Shown piece after piece: positions 1 to 7,178 of a stretch of DNA of 32,000 nucleotides. The stretch is from Cereibacter sphaeroides 2.4.1 (GTDB lineage: Bacteria; Pseudomonadota; Alphaproteobacteria; Rhodobacterales; Rhodobacteraceae). Position 1 is the first letter of the stretch; every line of letters starts with the position of its first letter. Made by a program: the position numbers and the translations under genes. Where the stretch lies: the NCBI RefSeq assembly GCF_000012905.2, contig NC_007493.2, positions 2,760,001 to 2,792,000 on the forward strand, in the 5' to 3' direction. Under the pieces are notes generated by a model that was given only the letters and a program-made list of their open reading frames with translations, ran no database searches and was not told the origin of the DNA.

Positions 1-60
1 GCCGAGATCCACCTGCCAGGCCAGCGCCGCCAGCGCCGCGTTCCAGTCCAGCCCGTCCAT
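1..60 (-). CDS. 5' end (first 20 codons) of a divergently transcribed gene that runs off the left edge; product not assignable
   Basis: The reverse complement of 1-60 reads ATG GAC GGG CTG GAC TGG..., giving MDGLDWNAALAALAWQVDLG, open to the window edge. A GGAGGGG SD-like run (complement of 63-69) lies just upstream. The N-terminus vaguely recalls alphaproteobacterial family-4 uracil-DNA glycosylases, but that is recollection only. Confidence 0.4.
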   Translation of the reverse strand, partial: MDGLDWNAALAALAWQVDLG

Positions 61-116
61 CGCCCCTCCGACTCGCGCGCCGACCCTAGGCCGCGGCCCG
101 TCTCCCGGCAACCGCC

Positions 117-145
117 TTGCCCCGCGGGGCCCGCCTTCCTATAAG
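117..145 (+). promoter_or_regulatory. candidate sigma70-type promoter for pyrB (TTGCCC-N17-TATAAG)
   Basis: TTGCCC sits at 117-122, followed by a 17-nt spacer and TATAAG at 140-145. This is about 30 nt upstream of the pyrB ATG at 177. It is a motif match only. Confidence 0.3.
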
Positions 146-176
146 CGCCGCAGCCCGGTCCTCGAGGGAGTTGCCC

Positions 177-1139
177 ATGACCTTCCGCGCCCGCCACCTG
201 CTCGGCATCGAGCATCTGGCCCCCGACGAGATCCGCTCCGTCCTCGACCTCGCCGACAGTTATGTGGACCTCAACCGCCGCACGATGAAGCAGTCGGACG
301 CGCTGGCGGGGATGACCCAGATCAACATGTTCTTCGAGAATTCCACCCGCACCCAGTCGAGCTTCGAGCTTGCGGGCAAGCGGCTCGGCGCGGATGTGAT
401 GAACATGGCGGTGGCGCAGAGCTCGGTGAAGAAGGGCGAGACGCTCCTCGACACCGCCATGACGCTGAACGCGATGCACCCCGATCTCCTCGTGGTGCGC
501 CACCCGGCCTCCGGCGCCGTCAACCTCCTGGCCTCCAAGGTGAATTGCGCCGTCCTCAACGCGGGCGACGGACGGCACGAACATCCGACGCAGGCGCTCC
601 TCGATGCGCTCACCATCCGCCGCGCCAAGGGCCGCATCCAGCGCCTGACCGTCGCCATCTGCGGCGACATCGCCCACAGCCGGGTCGCGCGCTCGAACCT
701 GATCCTGCTCGGCAAGATGGAGAACCGCGTGCGCCTGATCGCGCCGCCCACGCTGATGCCGCCGGGGGTGGGCGAGTTCGGCTGCGAGCTGTACGACGAC
801 ATGAAGAAGGGCCTCGAAGGCGCCGATGTGGTGATGATGCTGCGCCTCCAGAAAGAGCGGATGGACGGGGCCTTCATCCCTTCCGAGCGCGAATACTACC
901 ACCGGTTCGGTCTCGACGCCGAGAAGCTCGCCTTCGCCAAGGAGGATGCGATCGTCATGCATCCGGGCCCGATGAACCGCGGGGTCGAGATCGACGGCAC
1001 GCTCGCCGACGACATCAACCGCTCGGTGATCCAGGATCAGGTCGAGATGGGGGTGGCGGTGCGCATGGCCTGCATGGATCTTCTGGCGCGGAACTTGCGT
1101 GCCGAGCGGGGCCGTGCGGCCGTGGGGGTGATGGCATGA
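177..1139 (+). CDS. pyrB: aspartate carbamoyltransferase catalytic chain
   Basis: Uses the frame of track ORF 117..1139. I moved the start to ATG 177 ([14 protein letters not shown]), which has a GAGGGAG SD at 164-170. ATCase signatures are present: [19 protein letters not shown] and HPGPMNRG. The stop overlaps the next start (ATGA, 1136-1139). Confidence 0.95.
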   Translation: MTFRARHLLGIEHLAPDEIRSVLDLADSYVDLNRRTMKQSDALAGMTQINMFFENSTRTQSSFELAGKRLGADVMNMAVAQSSVKKGETLLDTAMTLNAMHPDLLVVRHPASGAVNLLASKVNCAVLNAGDGRHEHPTQALLDALTIRRAKGRIQRLTVAICGDIAHSRVARSNLILLGKMENRVRLIAPPTLMPPGVGEFGCELYDDMKKGLEGADVVMMLRLQKERMDGAFIPSEREYYHRFGLDAEKLAFAKEDAIVMHPGPMNRGVEIDGTLADDINRSVIQDQVEMGVAVRMACMDLLARNLRAERGRAAVGVMA

Positions 1140-2413
1140 GCCTGCTTCTCACCAACGCCCGGCTGATCGACCCCGAGGGCGGCACCGAGACCGAGGGCGA
1201 CCTGCTGATCGAGGGCGGCCTCATCGCCGCCGTGGGCGCGCTCGAGCCGCCGCCCGGCGCCGAGGTCATCGACTGCGGCGGCAAGTGCCTCGCCCCCGGC
1301 ATCGTCGATCTCGGCGTGAAGGTGGGCGAGCCCGGCGAGCGCCACCGCGAGAGCTTCCGCTCGGCGGGCCTCGCCGCCGCCGCGGGCGGCGTCACCACGA
1401 TCATCGCCCGCCCCGACACGATGCCCGCCATCGACACGCCCGAGGTGCTGGAATTCGTCACCCGCCGCGCCGCCGAGGCGAGCCCGGTCCGCATCCGCCA
1501 CATGGCGGCGCTGACCAGAGGCCGCGAGGGGCGCGAGATGGTGGAGCTCGGCTTCCTGCTCGACACCGGCGCCGTGGCCTTCTCCGACTGCGACCATGTG
1601 ATCGAGACCACCAAGGTCGCCGCCCGCTGCATGACCTATGCCCGCAGCCTCGGCGCCCTCGTGATCGGCCATCCGCAGGATCCGGGCCTCTCGGCCGGCG
1701 CCTCCGCCACCAATGGCAAGTTCGCGAGCCTGCGCGGCATCCCGGCCGTCCATCCGATGGCCGAGCGCATGGGCTTCGACCGCGACATGGCGCTGGTCGA
1801 GATGTCGGGGGTGCGCTACCACGCCGATCAGGTCACCACCGCCCGCACCCTGCCCGCGCTGGAACGGGCCAAGGCCAACGGGCTCGACGTGACGGCGGGC
1901 GTGGGCATCCACCACCTGACGCTGAACGAGTTCGACGTCGGCGATTACCGCACCTTCTTCAAGCTGAAGCCGCCGCTGCGCTCGGAAGAGGACCGGCTGG
2001 CGATGGTCGAGGCGGTGGGGTCGGGGCTGATCGACATCATCTCCTCGATGCACACGCCGCAGGACGAGGAATCGAAGCGCCTGCCCTTCGAGGAAGCTGC
2101 CTGGGGCGCCGTCGCGCTCGAGACCTTCCTGCCCGCGGCCCTCCGGCTCTATCATGCGGGCCGCCTGACCCTGCCGCAGCTGTTCCGGGCCATGGCGATC
2201 AACCCGGCGAAGCGGCTCGGCCTGCCGCAGGGGCGGCTCTCCGATGGGGCGCCGGCCGATCTCGTGCTCTTCGATCCCGACGCGCCCTTCGTGCTCGACC
2301 GCTTCACCCTGCGCTCGAAATCGAAGAACACGCCCTTCGACGGCCAGCGGATGGAGGGGCGGGTGCTCGCCACCTATGTCGGCGGCCGACGGGTCTACGC
2401 CGCGGGTGAATGA
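1136..2413 (+). CDS. pyrC: dihydroorotase-like protein, predicted non-catalytic (PyrC'-type ATCase partner)
   Basis: Lies in the frame of track ORF 545..2413, with the real start at ATG 1136 ([16 protein letters not shown]). It has amidohydrolase/DHOase-family architecture. The metal-ligand HxH motif reads [11 protein letters not shown] where active enzymes have DxHVHLREPG. The catalytic-Asp motif TDHAPH reads SSMHTPQ. Confidence 0.85.
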   Translation: MSLLLTNARLIDPEGGTETEGDLLIEGGLIAAVGALEPPPGAEVIDCGGKCLAPGIVDLGVKVGEPGERHRESFRSAGLAAAAGGVTTIIARPDTMPAIDTPEVLEFVTRRAAEASPVRIRHMAALTRGREGREMVELGFLLDTGAVAFSDCDHVIETTKVAARCMTYARSLGALVIGHPQDPGLSAGASATNGKFASLRGIPAVHPMAERMGFDRDMALVEMSGVRYHADQVTTARTLPALERAKANGLDVTAGVGIHHLTLNEFDVGDYRTFFKLKPPLRSEEDRLAMVEAVGSGLIDIISSMHTPQDEESKRLPFEEAAWGAVALETFLPAALRLYHAGRLTLPQLFRAMAINPAKRLGLPQGRLSDGAPADLVLFDPDAPFVLDRFTLRSKSKNTPFDGQRMEGRVLATYVGGRRVYAAGE

Positions 2414-2450
2414 GTCCTCGCCCGGGCCTGTCATTCACGCTTCGCGAACG

Positions 2451-2544
2451 GCAGGCCATCCTCGGGGCCCGGCCGCAGCGGCAGGCCATCCTTGCGACCC
2501 CGGCCTGCGATTGCAGGCCACTTTCGTGACCCAGGCCTGCGGCG
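2451..2544. repeat. three tandem imperfect ~30-32 bp units, each able to fold as a GCAGGCC-N14-GGCCTGC hairpin
   Basis: GCAGGCCATCCT occurs at 2451-2462 and 2481-2492, and GCAGGCCACTTT at 2513-2524. The complementary GGCCTGC occurs at 2502-2508 and 2534-2540, with a degenerate GGCCGC in unit 1 and GGCCTG at 2425-2430. GGCCTGC-GATT-GCAGGCC (2502-2519) followed by ACTTTCGTG could also act as a weak pyrBC' terminator. Confidence 0.55.
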
Positions 2545-2633
2545 GCACGCCCTCTTCGCGCCGGGGCCTCGGCCGGACCAGACTAGAGCAGACCGTCCCG
2601 GCGCCCGGGACCAGCAGAGCGGGAGAGAGTGAC

Positions 2634-3239
2634 ATGCCGGCCATCGAAAGCGGCCTTTGGGCGCTGATCCTGACGGGAGTGCTGGGCTATCTGCTCGGCT
2701 CGATCCCGTTCGGCATCGTCATCACCCGCGCGCTGGGGCTGGGCGACCTGCGCAAGATCGGCTCGGGCAATATCGGCGCGACCAACGTGCTCCGGACGGG
2801 CAACAAGCCCGCGGCGCTGGCCACGCTGCTCCTCGATTCGGGCAAGGGCGCCATCGCCGTGCTGATCGCGCGCGCGGCCGTGGGCGAGGATGCGGCGCAG
2901 CTTGCGGCCTTCACCTCGTTTCTGGGGCACCTTTTCCCGGTCTGGCTCGGCTTCCGCGGCGGCAAGGGGGTCGCGACCTTCCTCGGCACGCTGCTGGCAC
3001 TCGCATGGCCCGTGGGGCTCGCCTGCTGCCTCACCTGGCTCGCGACCGCGGCCCTGGGCCGGATCTCCTCGCTCTCGGCCCTCGTGGCTGCGGCGAGCGG
3101 TGTCCTCTGGATGATCCTTCTGGGCTACGGCCAGATGGCGGCGCTGGGGGCGGTGCTCGCGGTGCTGATCTTCATCCGCCACCATGCGAACATCCGCCGG
3201 ATCCTCGCCGGCACCGAGCCGCGGATCGGGAAGAAGTAA
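2634..3239 (+). CDS. plsY: glycerol-3-phosphate acyltransferase (acyl-phosphate dependent)
   Basis: Lies in the frame of track ORF 2244..3239. The start is ATG 2634 (MPAIESGLWALIL), preceded by a GGGAGAGAG SD at 2621-2629. The PlsY signatures GSIPFG and GSGNIGATNVLRTG are present, and the protein is polytopic and hydrophobic. Confidence 0.93.
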   Translation: MPAIESGLWALILTGVLGYLLGSIPFGIVITRALGLGDLRKIGSGNIGATNVLRTGNKPAALATLLLDSGKGAIAVLIARAAVGEDAAQLAAFTSFLGHLFPVWLGFRGGKGVATFLGTLLALAWPVGLACCLTWLATAALGRISSLSALVAAASGVLWMILLGYGQMAALGAVLAVLIFIRHHANIRRILAGTEPRIGKK

Positions 3240-3342
3240 CCCTTCGAGGGCTCGTCCGCGGCAGCGCCGGCGAGCGGGGGCTCGATGCCCCCCGAGCCGG
3301 CCCCTCCGGCCCGGTCCGCGCGCCGGGACGGGGCGGCCCCGC

Positions 3343-4707
3343 TCAGTAGCTCATCTCGGGATAGATCCGGCGCAGGTCGCCCTCCCAGGGGCCGTGGAAC
3401 CGCTCGAGCAGCAGATCCGCCACCGCCCGGCCCGAGGTCACGCTCTCGGCCAGCACCTCGAGATGGCCCGCCTCGTCGGCAAAGCCCTCGCCCGCCAGCG
3501 CCCGGGCGCGGAGCCCGGCAGCGGCGATTGCCACGGCCTCGCGCGCCACGTCGAGGAGCCGCACGCCCCCCGCCTCGCCCTGCAGCCCGTCGACCGAGGC
3601 CGCCACGCGCAGCCCCTCGCGCGTCTCCGCGCTCCAGTCCCGGGCGAGATCCCAGGCGGCATCGAGGGCCGCGCCGTCATACATGAGCCCGACCCAGAAG
3701 GCGGGCAGCGCCACCAGATGCGACAGCGGGCCGGCGTCGGCTCCGCGCATCTCGATGTATTTCTTCACCCGCGCCTCGGGGAAGACCGTGGTCATGTGGT
3801 CGGCCCAGTCCGACAGCGTGGGCTTCTCGCCCGGCAGCGCCGGCAGCTCGCCCTTCAGGAAGTCGCGGAACGACTGGCCCAGCGCGTCGATATACTGCCC
3901 GTCGCGGTAGACGAAATACATCGGCACATCGAGCACCCAGTCCACATAGCGCTGGAAGCCCATCCCCTCCTCGAAGGCGAAGGGCAGCATGCCCGTCCGC
4001 GAGGCGTCTAAGCTGCGCCAGATGCGCGAGCGCCAGCTCTTGTGGCCGTTCACCCGGCCGTCGAAGAAGGGCGACGAGGCGAAGAGCGCGGTGGCGACCG
4101 GCTGCAGCGCCAGCGCGACGCGCAGCTTCTTCACCATGTCGGCTTCCGAGCCATAGTCGAGATTCACCTGCACGGTGCAGGTGCGATACATCATCTGGGT
4201 GCCGTGGGTGCCCACGCGCCCCATATAGTCGGTCATCAGCCGGTAGCGCCCCTTTGGCATCACCGGCATCTCCTCGTGGCTCCAGATCGGGGCCGCGCCC
4301 ACGCCCATGAAGCGCACGCCCATCGGGTCCGCCACCTCGGCCACCTCGCGCAGGTGGCTCTCGAGTTCTGCCCTGGTCTCATGCACCGACAGGAGCGGCG
4401 CGCCCGACAGCTCCAGCTGCCCCCCCGGTTCGAGCGAGACATTGGCACCGTCGCGCTGAAGGCCGATGATCGCGTCCCGCTCCATGACCGGCTCCCAGCC
4501 GAACCGGTCGCGCAGACCTTCGAGGATGGCGCGCACCGAAGCCGCACCCTCGTAGGGCAGCGGCTTCAGGTCGGCGGTCAGATAGCCGAACTTCTCGTGC
4601 TCGGTGCCGATGCGCCAGTCCTGGGCCGGCTTGCAGCCCGCTTCCATATAGGCCGCCAACTGCTCGTAACTCTCGATCGGCCCGCCGCCGGACTGGGGAA
4701 TGGACAT
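3343..4707 (-). CDS. gshA: glutamate--cysteine ligase, GCS2 (plant/alphaproteobacterial) type
   Basis: A 454-aa ORF with an ATG start at 4707 and a GGAG about 7 nt upstream. Motifs RIGTEHEKFGY and MYRTCTVQVNLD, together with the length, fit GCS2-family gamma-glutamylcysteine synthetase. Confidence 0.92.
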   Translation of the reverse strand: MSIPQSGGGPIESYEQLAAYMEAGCKPAQDWRIGTEHEKFGYLTADLKPLPYEGAASVRAILEGLRDRFGWEPVMERDAIIGLQRDGANVSLEPGGQLELSGAPLLSVHETRAELESHLREVAEVADPMGVRFMGVGAAPIWSHEEMPVMPKGRYRLMTDYMGRVGTHGTQMMYRTCTVQVNLDYGSEADMVKKLRVALALQPVATALFASSPFFDGRVNGHKSWRSRIWRSLDASRTGMLPFAFEEGMGFQRYVDWVLDVPMYFVYRDGQYIDALGQSFRDFLKGELPALPGEKPTLSDWADHMTTVFPEARVKKYIEMRGADAGPLSHLVALPAFWVGLMYDGAALDAAWDLARDWSAETREGLRVAASVDGLQGEAGGVRLLDVAREAVAIAAAGLRARALAGEGFADEAGHLEVLAESVTSGRAVADLLLERFHGPWEGDLRRIYPEMSY

Positions 4708-4759
4708 GCACGCGCTCCGATCGCTTGTTCGGGAGGCAAGACCTGTCGTGTCGTCGCAG

Positions 4760-5326
4760 TCAAGTCAAGACCGCGCGCGAGGGCCTCCGCCAGATCAGCT
4801 GCCCTGCCGTCGGGGCTTGCGACGAAAGGCTGATGACATTGCCGCCCGGCGCCGGGGCCTCCGCGGGGCCGGACAGGGCCGCGAGCAGGCGGCTCGTGTC
4901 GAGGCCGGGCAGCGCTGCGAAGGCGTCGAACAGGCGGTGAGCCCCCTCTGCGCCGACGGGAATGGACAGCACCTGCCCGTCCGATTGGCGCAGCCGCCAG
5001 TGCCGCTCTCCCCGGACAAGGACGAGGCGCAGTTCCTCGAGATCGTCGAGGGCGACATAGCCGCCCCAGTCGGGGCCGAGATAGCCGATCTGGCCCTCGT
5101 CGAGTTCGACGAGGCCCGCCGCCCCGCCGCTCTGGCCAAAGCGCACCCGGCGGAGCGCGATCACGGCCCAGCCCGCGGCCACGGCGAAGGCGAGCCCGCC
5201 CAGCGGCACGAAGAACCACCCGCCCAGCGAGGCGAGCCAGAGCGCCCCGGCCATCGCCGCCGCCGCCGCGGCAGGTTCGCGCCAGCGGAGGAGGAGCCCC
5301 TGCACCTTCGGCCGCAGAAAGCTCAC
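4760..5326 (-). CDS. hypothetical membrane protein (two N-terminal TM helices plus a soluble C-terminal domain)
   Basis: A 188-aa ORF with coding-like GC3. Its GTG start (complement of 5324-5326) overlaps the rsmE stop (GTGA, 5323-5326). An alternative in-frame ATG lies at 5254 (MAGALWLASLGG). Hydrophobic segments are ALWLASLGGWFFVPLGGLAFAVAAGWAVIAL. I recognise no family. Confidence 0.65.
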   Translation of the reverse strand: MSFLRPKVQGLLLRWREPAAAAAAMAGALWLASLGGWFFVPLGGLAFAVAAGWAVIALRRVRFGQSGGAAGLVELDEGQIGYLGPDWGGYVALDDLEELRLVLVRGERHWRLRQSDGQVLSIPVGAEGAHRLFDAFAALPGLDTSRLLAALSGPAEAPAPGGNVISLSSQAPTAGQLIWRRPSRAVLT

Positions 5327-6096
5327 CGCCAGTCTCCGAGCACCGACTGCCAGAGCGTCAGCGCTGCCACCGCCGCCGTGTCCGCGCGCAGGATGCGCGG
5401 GCCGAGGCTCACGGGCACCACCTGCTCCATCCGGCGCAGGCGCGCCTGCTCTTCCTCCGAGAAGCCGCCCTCGGGCCCGATCAGGATGGCCCAGGGCCCG
5501 GGCGACGGCCGCTTCGGCCCCTCCTCGAAGCCGCGCGCCTCAAAGCCGCCCGCGGCCTCGAGTAGCCCCGCCCGCGCACCCACGAGGCTCTCGTCGCACC
5601 ACATGATCCGCCGGTCGGCCGGCCAGTCGGCCAGGAGCCGCTCGAGGTTCGTCAGATCGGCCACCTCGGGCACGAAGGTGCCGCCGCACTGCTCCGCCGC
5701 CTCGACGGCGTGGGCCTGCAGCCGGTCCTGCCGGATCCGCTCGGAATTGGTGAAGCGGGTCTGCACCGGCAGGATCCGCGCCGCGCCCATCTCGGCCGCC
5801 TTCTCGACGATGAAATCGGTGCGCGCCTTCTTGATCGGTGCGAACAGGAGCCAGAGGTCGGGCGGCAGGCGGAGCGGCGCAGTCTGATCCTTGCAGAGGA
5901 GCGTGCCGCCCCGCTTGCCCGCCTCGGCCACCTCGGCCCGCCACTCGCCATCCCGGCCGTTGAAGAGGGACACCGCCGCCCCCCGCGCGAGCCGCATGAC
6001 CCCGAACAGGTAATGGGCCTGATCCTGCGTCAGAGGAACGGGTTGCCCGGGTCCGAGGGGCTGCTCTACATAAAGCCTGACTTTCGCATCCGACAT
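5323..6096 (-). CDS. rsmE: 16S rRNA (uracil1498-N3)-methyltransferase
   Basis: A 257-aa ORF with an ATG at 6096. The N-terminus (RLYVEQPL...HYLFGVMRL) and the C-terminal SPOUT motif ILIGPEGGFSEEE are typical of RsmE. Confidence 0.9.
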   Translation of the reverse strand: MSDAKVRLYVEQPLGPGQPVPLTQDQAHYLFGVMRLARGAAVSLFNGRDGEWRAEVAEAGKRGGTLLCKDQTAPLRLPPDLWLLFAPIKKARTDFIVEKAAEMGAARILPVQTRFTNSERIRQDRLQAHAVEAAEQCGGTFVPEVADLTNLERLLADWPADRRIMWCDESLVGARAGLLEAAGGFEARGFEEGPKRPSPGPWAILIGPEGGFSEEEQARLRRMEQVVPVSLGPRILRADTAAVAALTLWQSVLGDWR

Positions 6097-6107
6097 GGGG
6101 GCACCTT

Positions 6108-7109
6108 ATGCAGCAGCCGCGCCAAGCGCCAGAGGCTCCCGCCGGGGGACCGGCGGCCGGGACGACGCAGGGTACGGTGGCCGATGCCCCGCCCGGTAAC
6201 TGGGTCGACCGGCTCGCGCCCGCCGCCACGCGGCCCTATCTGCGCCTGTCGCGCGCCGACCGGCCGATCGGGACATGGCTTCTGCTGATCCCCTGCTTCT
6301 GGGCGGTGGCGCTGGCGGCGCTGGCCGATCCCGGGGGATACCGGCCGCTCGACCTCTGGCTCGTGATCGGCAGCTCGGTCGGCGCCTTCCTCATGCGCGG
6401 GGCGGGCTGCACCTGGAACGACATCACCGACCGCGAGTTCGATGCCGCGGTGGCGCGCACCCGCTCGCGCCCGATCCCCTCGGGGCAGGTCAGCGCGAAG
6501 GCCGCGGCGGTCTGGATGGTGGTGCAGGCGCTGGTCGCCTCGCTCATCCTCTTCAGCTTCAACGGCACCGCGATCCTGCTGGGCGTGGCCTCGCTCGCCC
6601 TCGTCTGCATCTATCCCTTCGCCAAGCGCTTCACCTGGTGGCCGCAGGCCTTCCTCGGGCTCGCCTTCAACTGGGGGGCGCTGCTGCTCTGGGCCGCCCA
6701 CACCGGCAGCCTCGGCTGGGCACCTGTGGCGCTCTATGCCTCGGGGATCGCCTGGACCCTGTTCTACGACACGATCTACGCCCATCAGGACAAGGAGGAC
6801 GATGCGCTGATCGGGGTGCGCTCGACCGCGCGGCTCTTCGGGCAGCATACGGGCAAGTGGCTCGTGGCCTTCATGATGGCGGCGACCCTCCTGATGACGC
6901 TCGCGGTGCTGCTGACCGTGCTGCCGCAGGGCTCGATCCTCCAGCTCTTGATCGCGCTCGCGGGCGTCTGGGGCTTCGGCGCCCACATGACCTGGCAGAT
7001 CGCCCGGCTCGACACCGAGGACACCGCGCGCTGCCTGCGCCTCTTCCGCTCGAACCGGGACGCGGGCCTGATCCCTGCGCTGTTTCTCGCCACAGCCGCG
7101 CTCCTTTGA
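6108..7109 (+). CDS. ubiA: 4-hydroxybenzoate polyprenyltransferase
   Basis: A 333-aa polytopic protein. It carries the UbiA Asp-rich motifs WNDITDREFD and YAHQDKEDD, plus LRLSRADRPIGTWLLL. ATG 6108 has GGGGG 6 nt upstream. An in-frame GTG at 6177 is an alternative start. Confidence 0.9.
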   Translation: MQQPRQAPEAPAGGPAAGTTQGTVADAPPGNWVDRLAPAATRPYLRLSRADRPIGTWLLLIPCFWAVALAALADPGGYRPLDLWLVIGSSVGAFLMRGAGCTWNDITDREFDAAVARTRSRPIPSGQVSAKAAAVWMVVQALVASLILFSFNGTAILLGVASLALVCIYPFAKRFTWWPQAFLGLAFNWGALLLWAAHTGSLGWAPVALYASGIAWTLFYDTIYAHQDKEDDALIGVRSTARLFGQHTGKWLVAFMMAATLLMTLAVLLTVLPQGSILQLLIALAGVWGFGAHMTWQIARLDTEDTARCLRLFRSNRDAGLIPALFLATAALL

Positions 7110-7178
7110 TTGAAGGGGCGGGGCGCAGAGCCTAAAGCACGGGACGACCGACGACCTTTCGACGGGAGAATCCGCGCC

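Noticed and set aside
545-2434. Long overlapping ORFs around pyrB/pyrC': the N-terminal 197 aa of 545..2413 (+), 1037..2434 (-), 1285..2409 (+) and 1015..1632 (-).
   Set aside because: The translations are Arg/Pro/Gly/Ala-rich low-complexity strings with no motifs. They lie out of frame or antisense to well-supported pyrB and pyrC'. Such ORFs are typical of high-GC DNA, where stop codons are rare in all frames.
2431-2455. A shared word, CGCTTCGCGAA with similar flanks, at 2438-2448 and at 16021-16031. Both copies are intergenic and contain the TTCGCGAA or TTCGCG-N3-CGCGAA palindrome.
   Set aside because: A rough estimate suggests that many exact 11-mer matches are expected by chance in a GC-skewed 32-kb window read on both strands. 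The flanks match only partially. This is not enough to call a repeat family or a common operator without a genome-wide count.
3266-3301. An interrupted GC hairpin (GCCGGC...GGGGG / CCCCC...GCCGGC) between the convergent plsY and gshA genes, considered as a bidirectional terminator.
   Set aside because: It has an internal loop and no flanking T or A tracts on either side. It is plausible, but I cannot support it as a terminator call.
7110-7138. TTGAAG-N17-TAAAGC upstream of the OmpA-family gene, considered as a sigma70 promoter.
   Set aside because: The -10 candidate lacks the highly conserved final T, and the -35 overlaps the end of ubiA. It is too weak to list as a feature.
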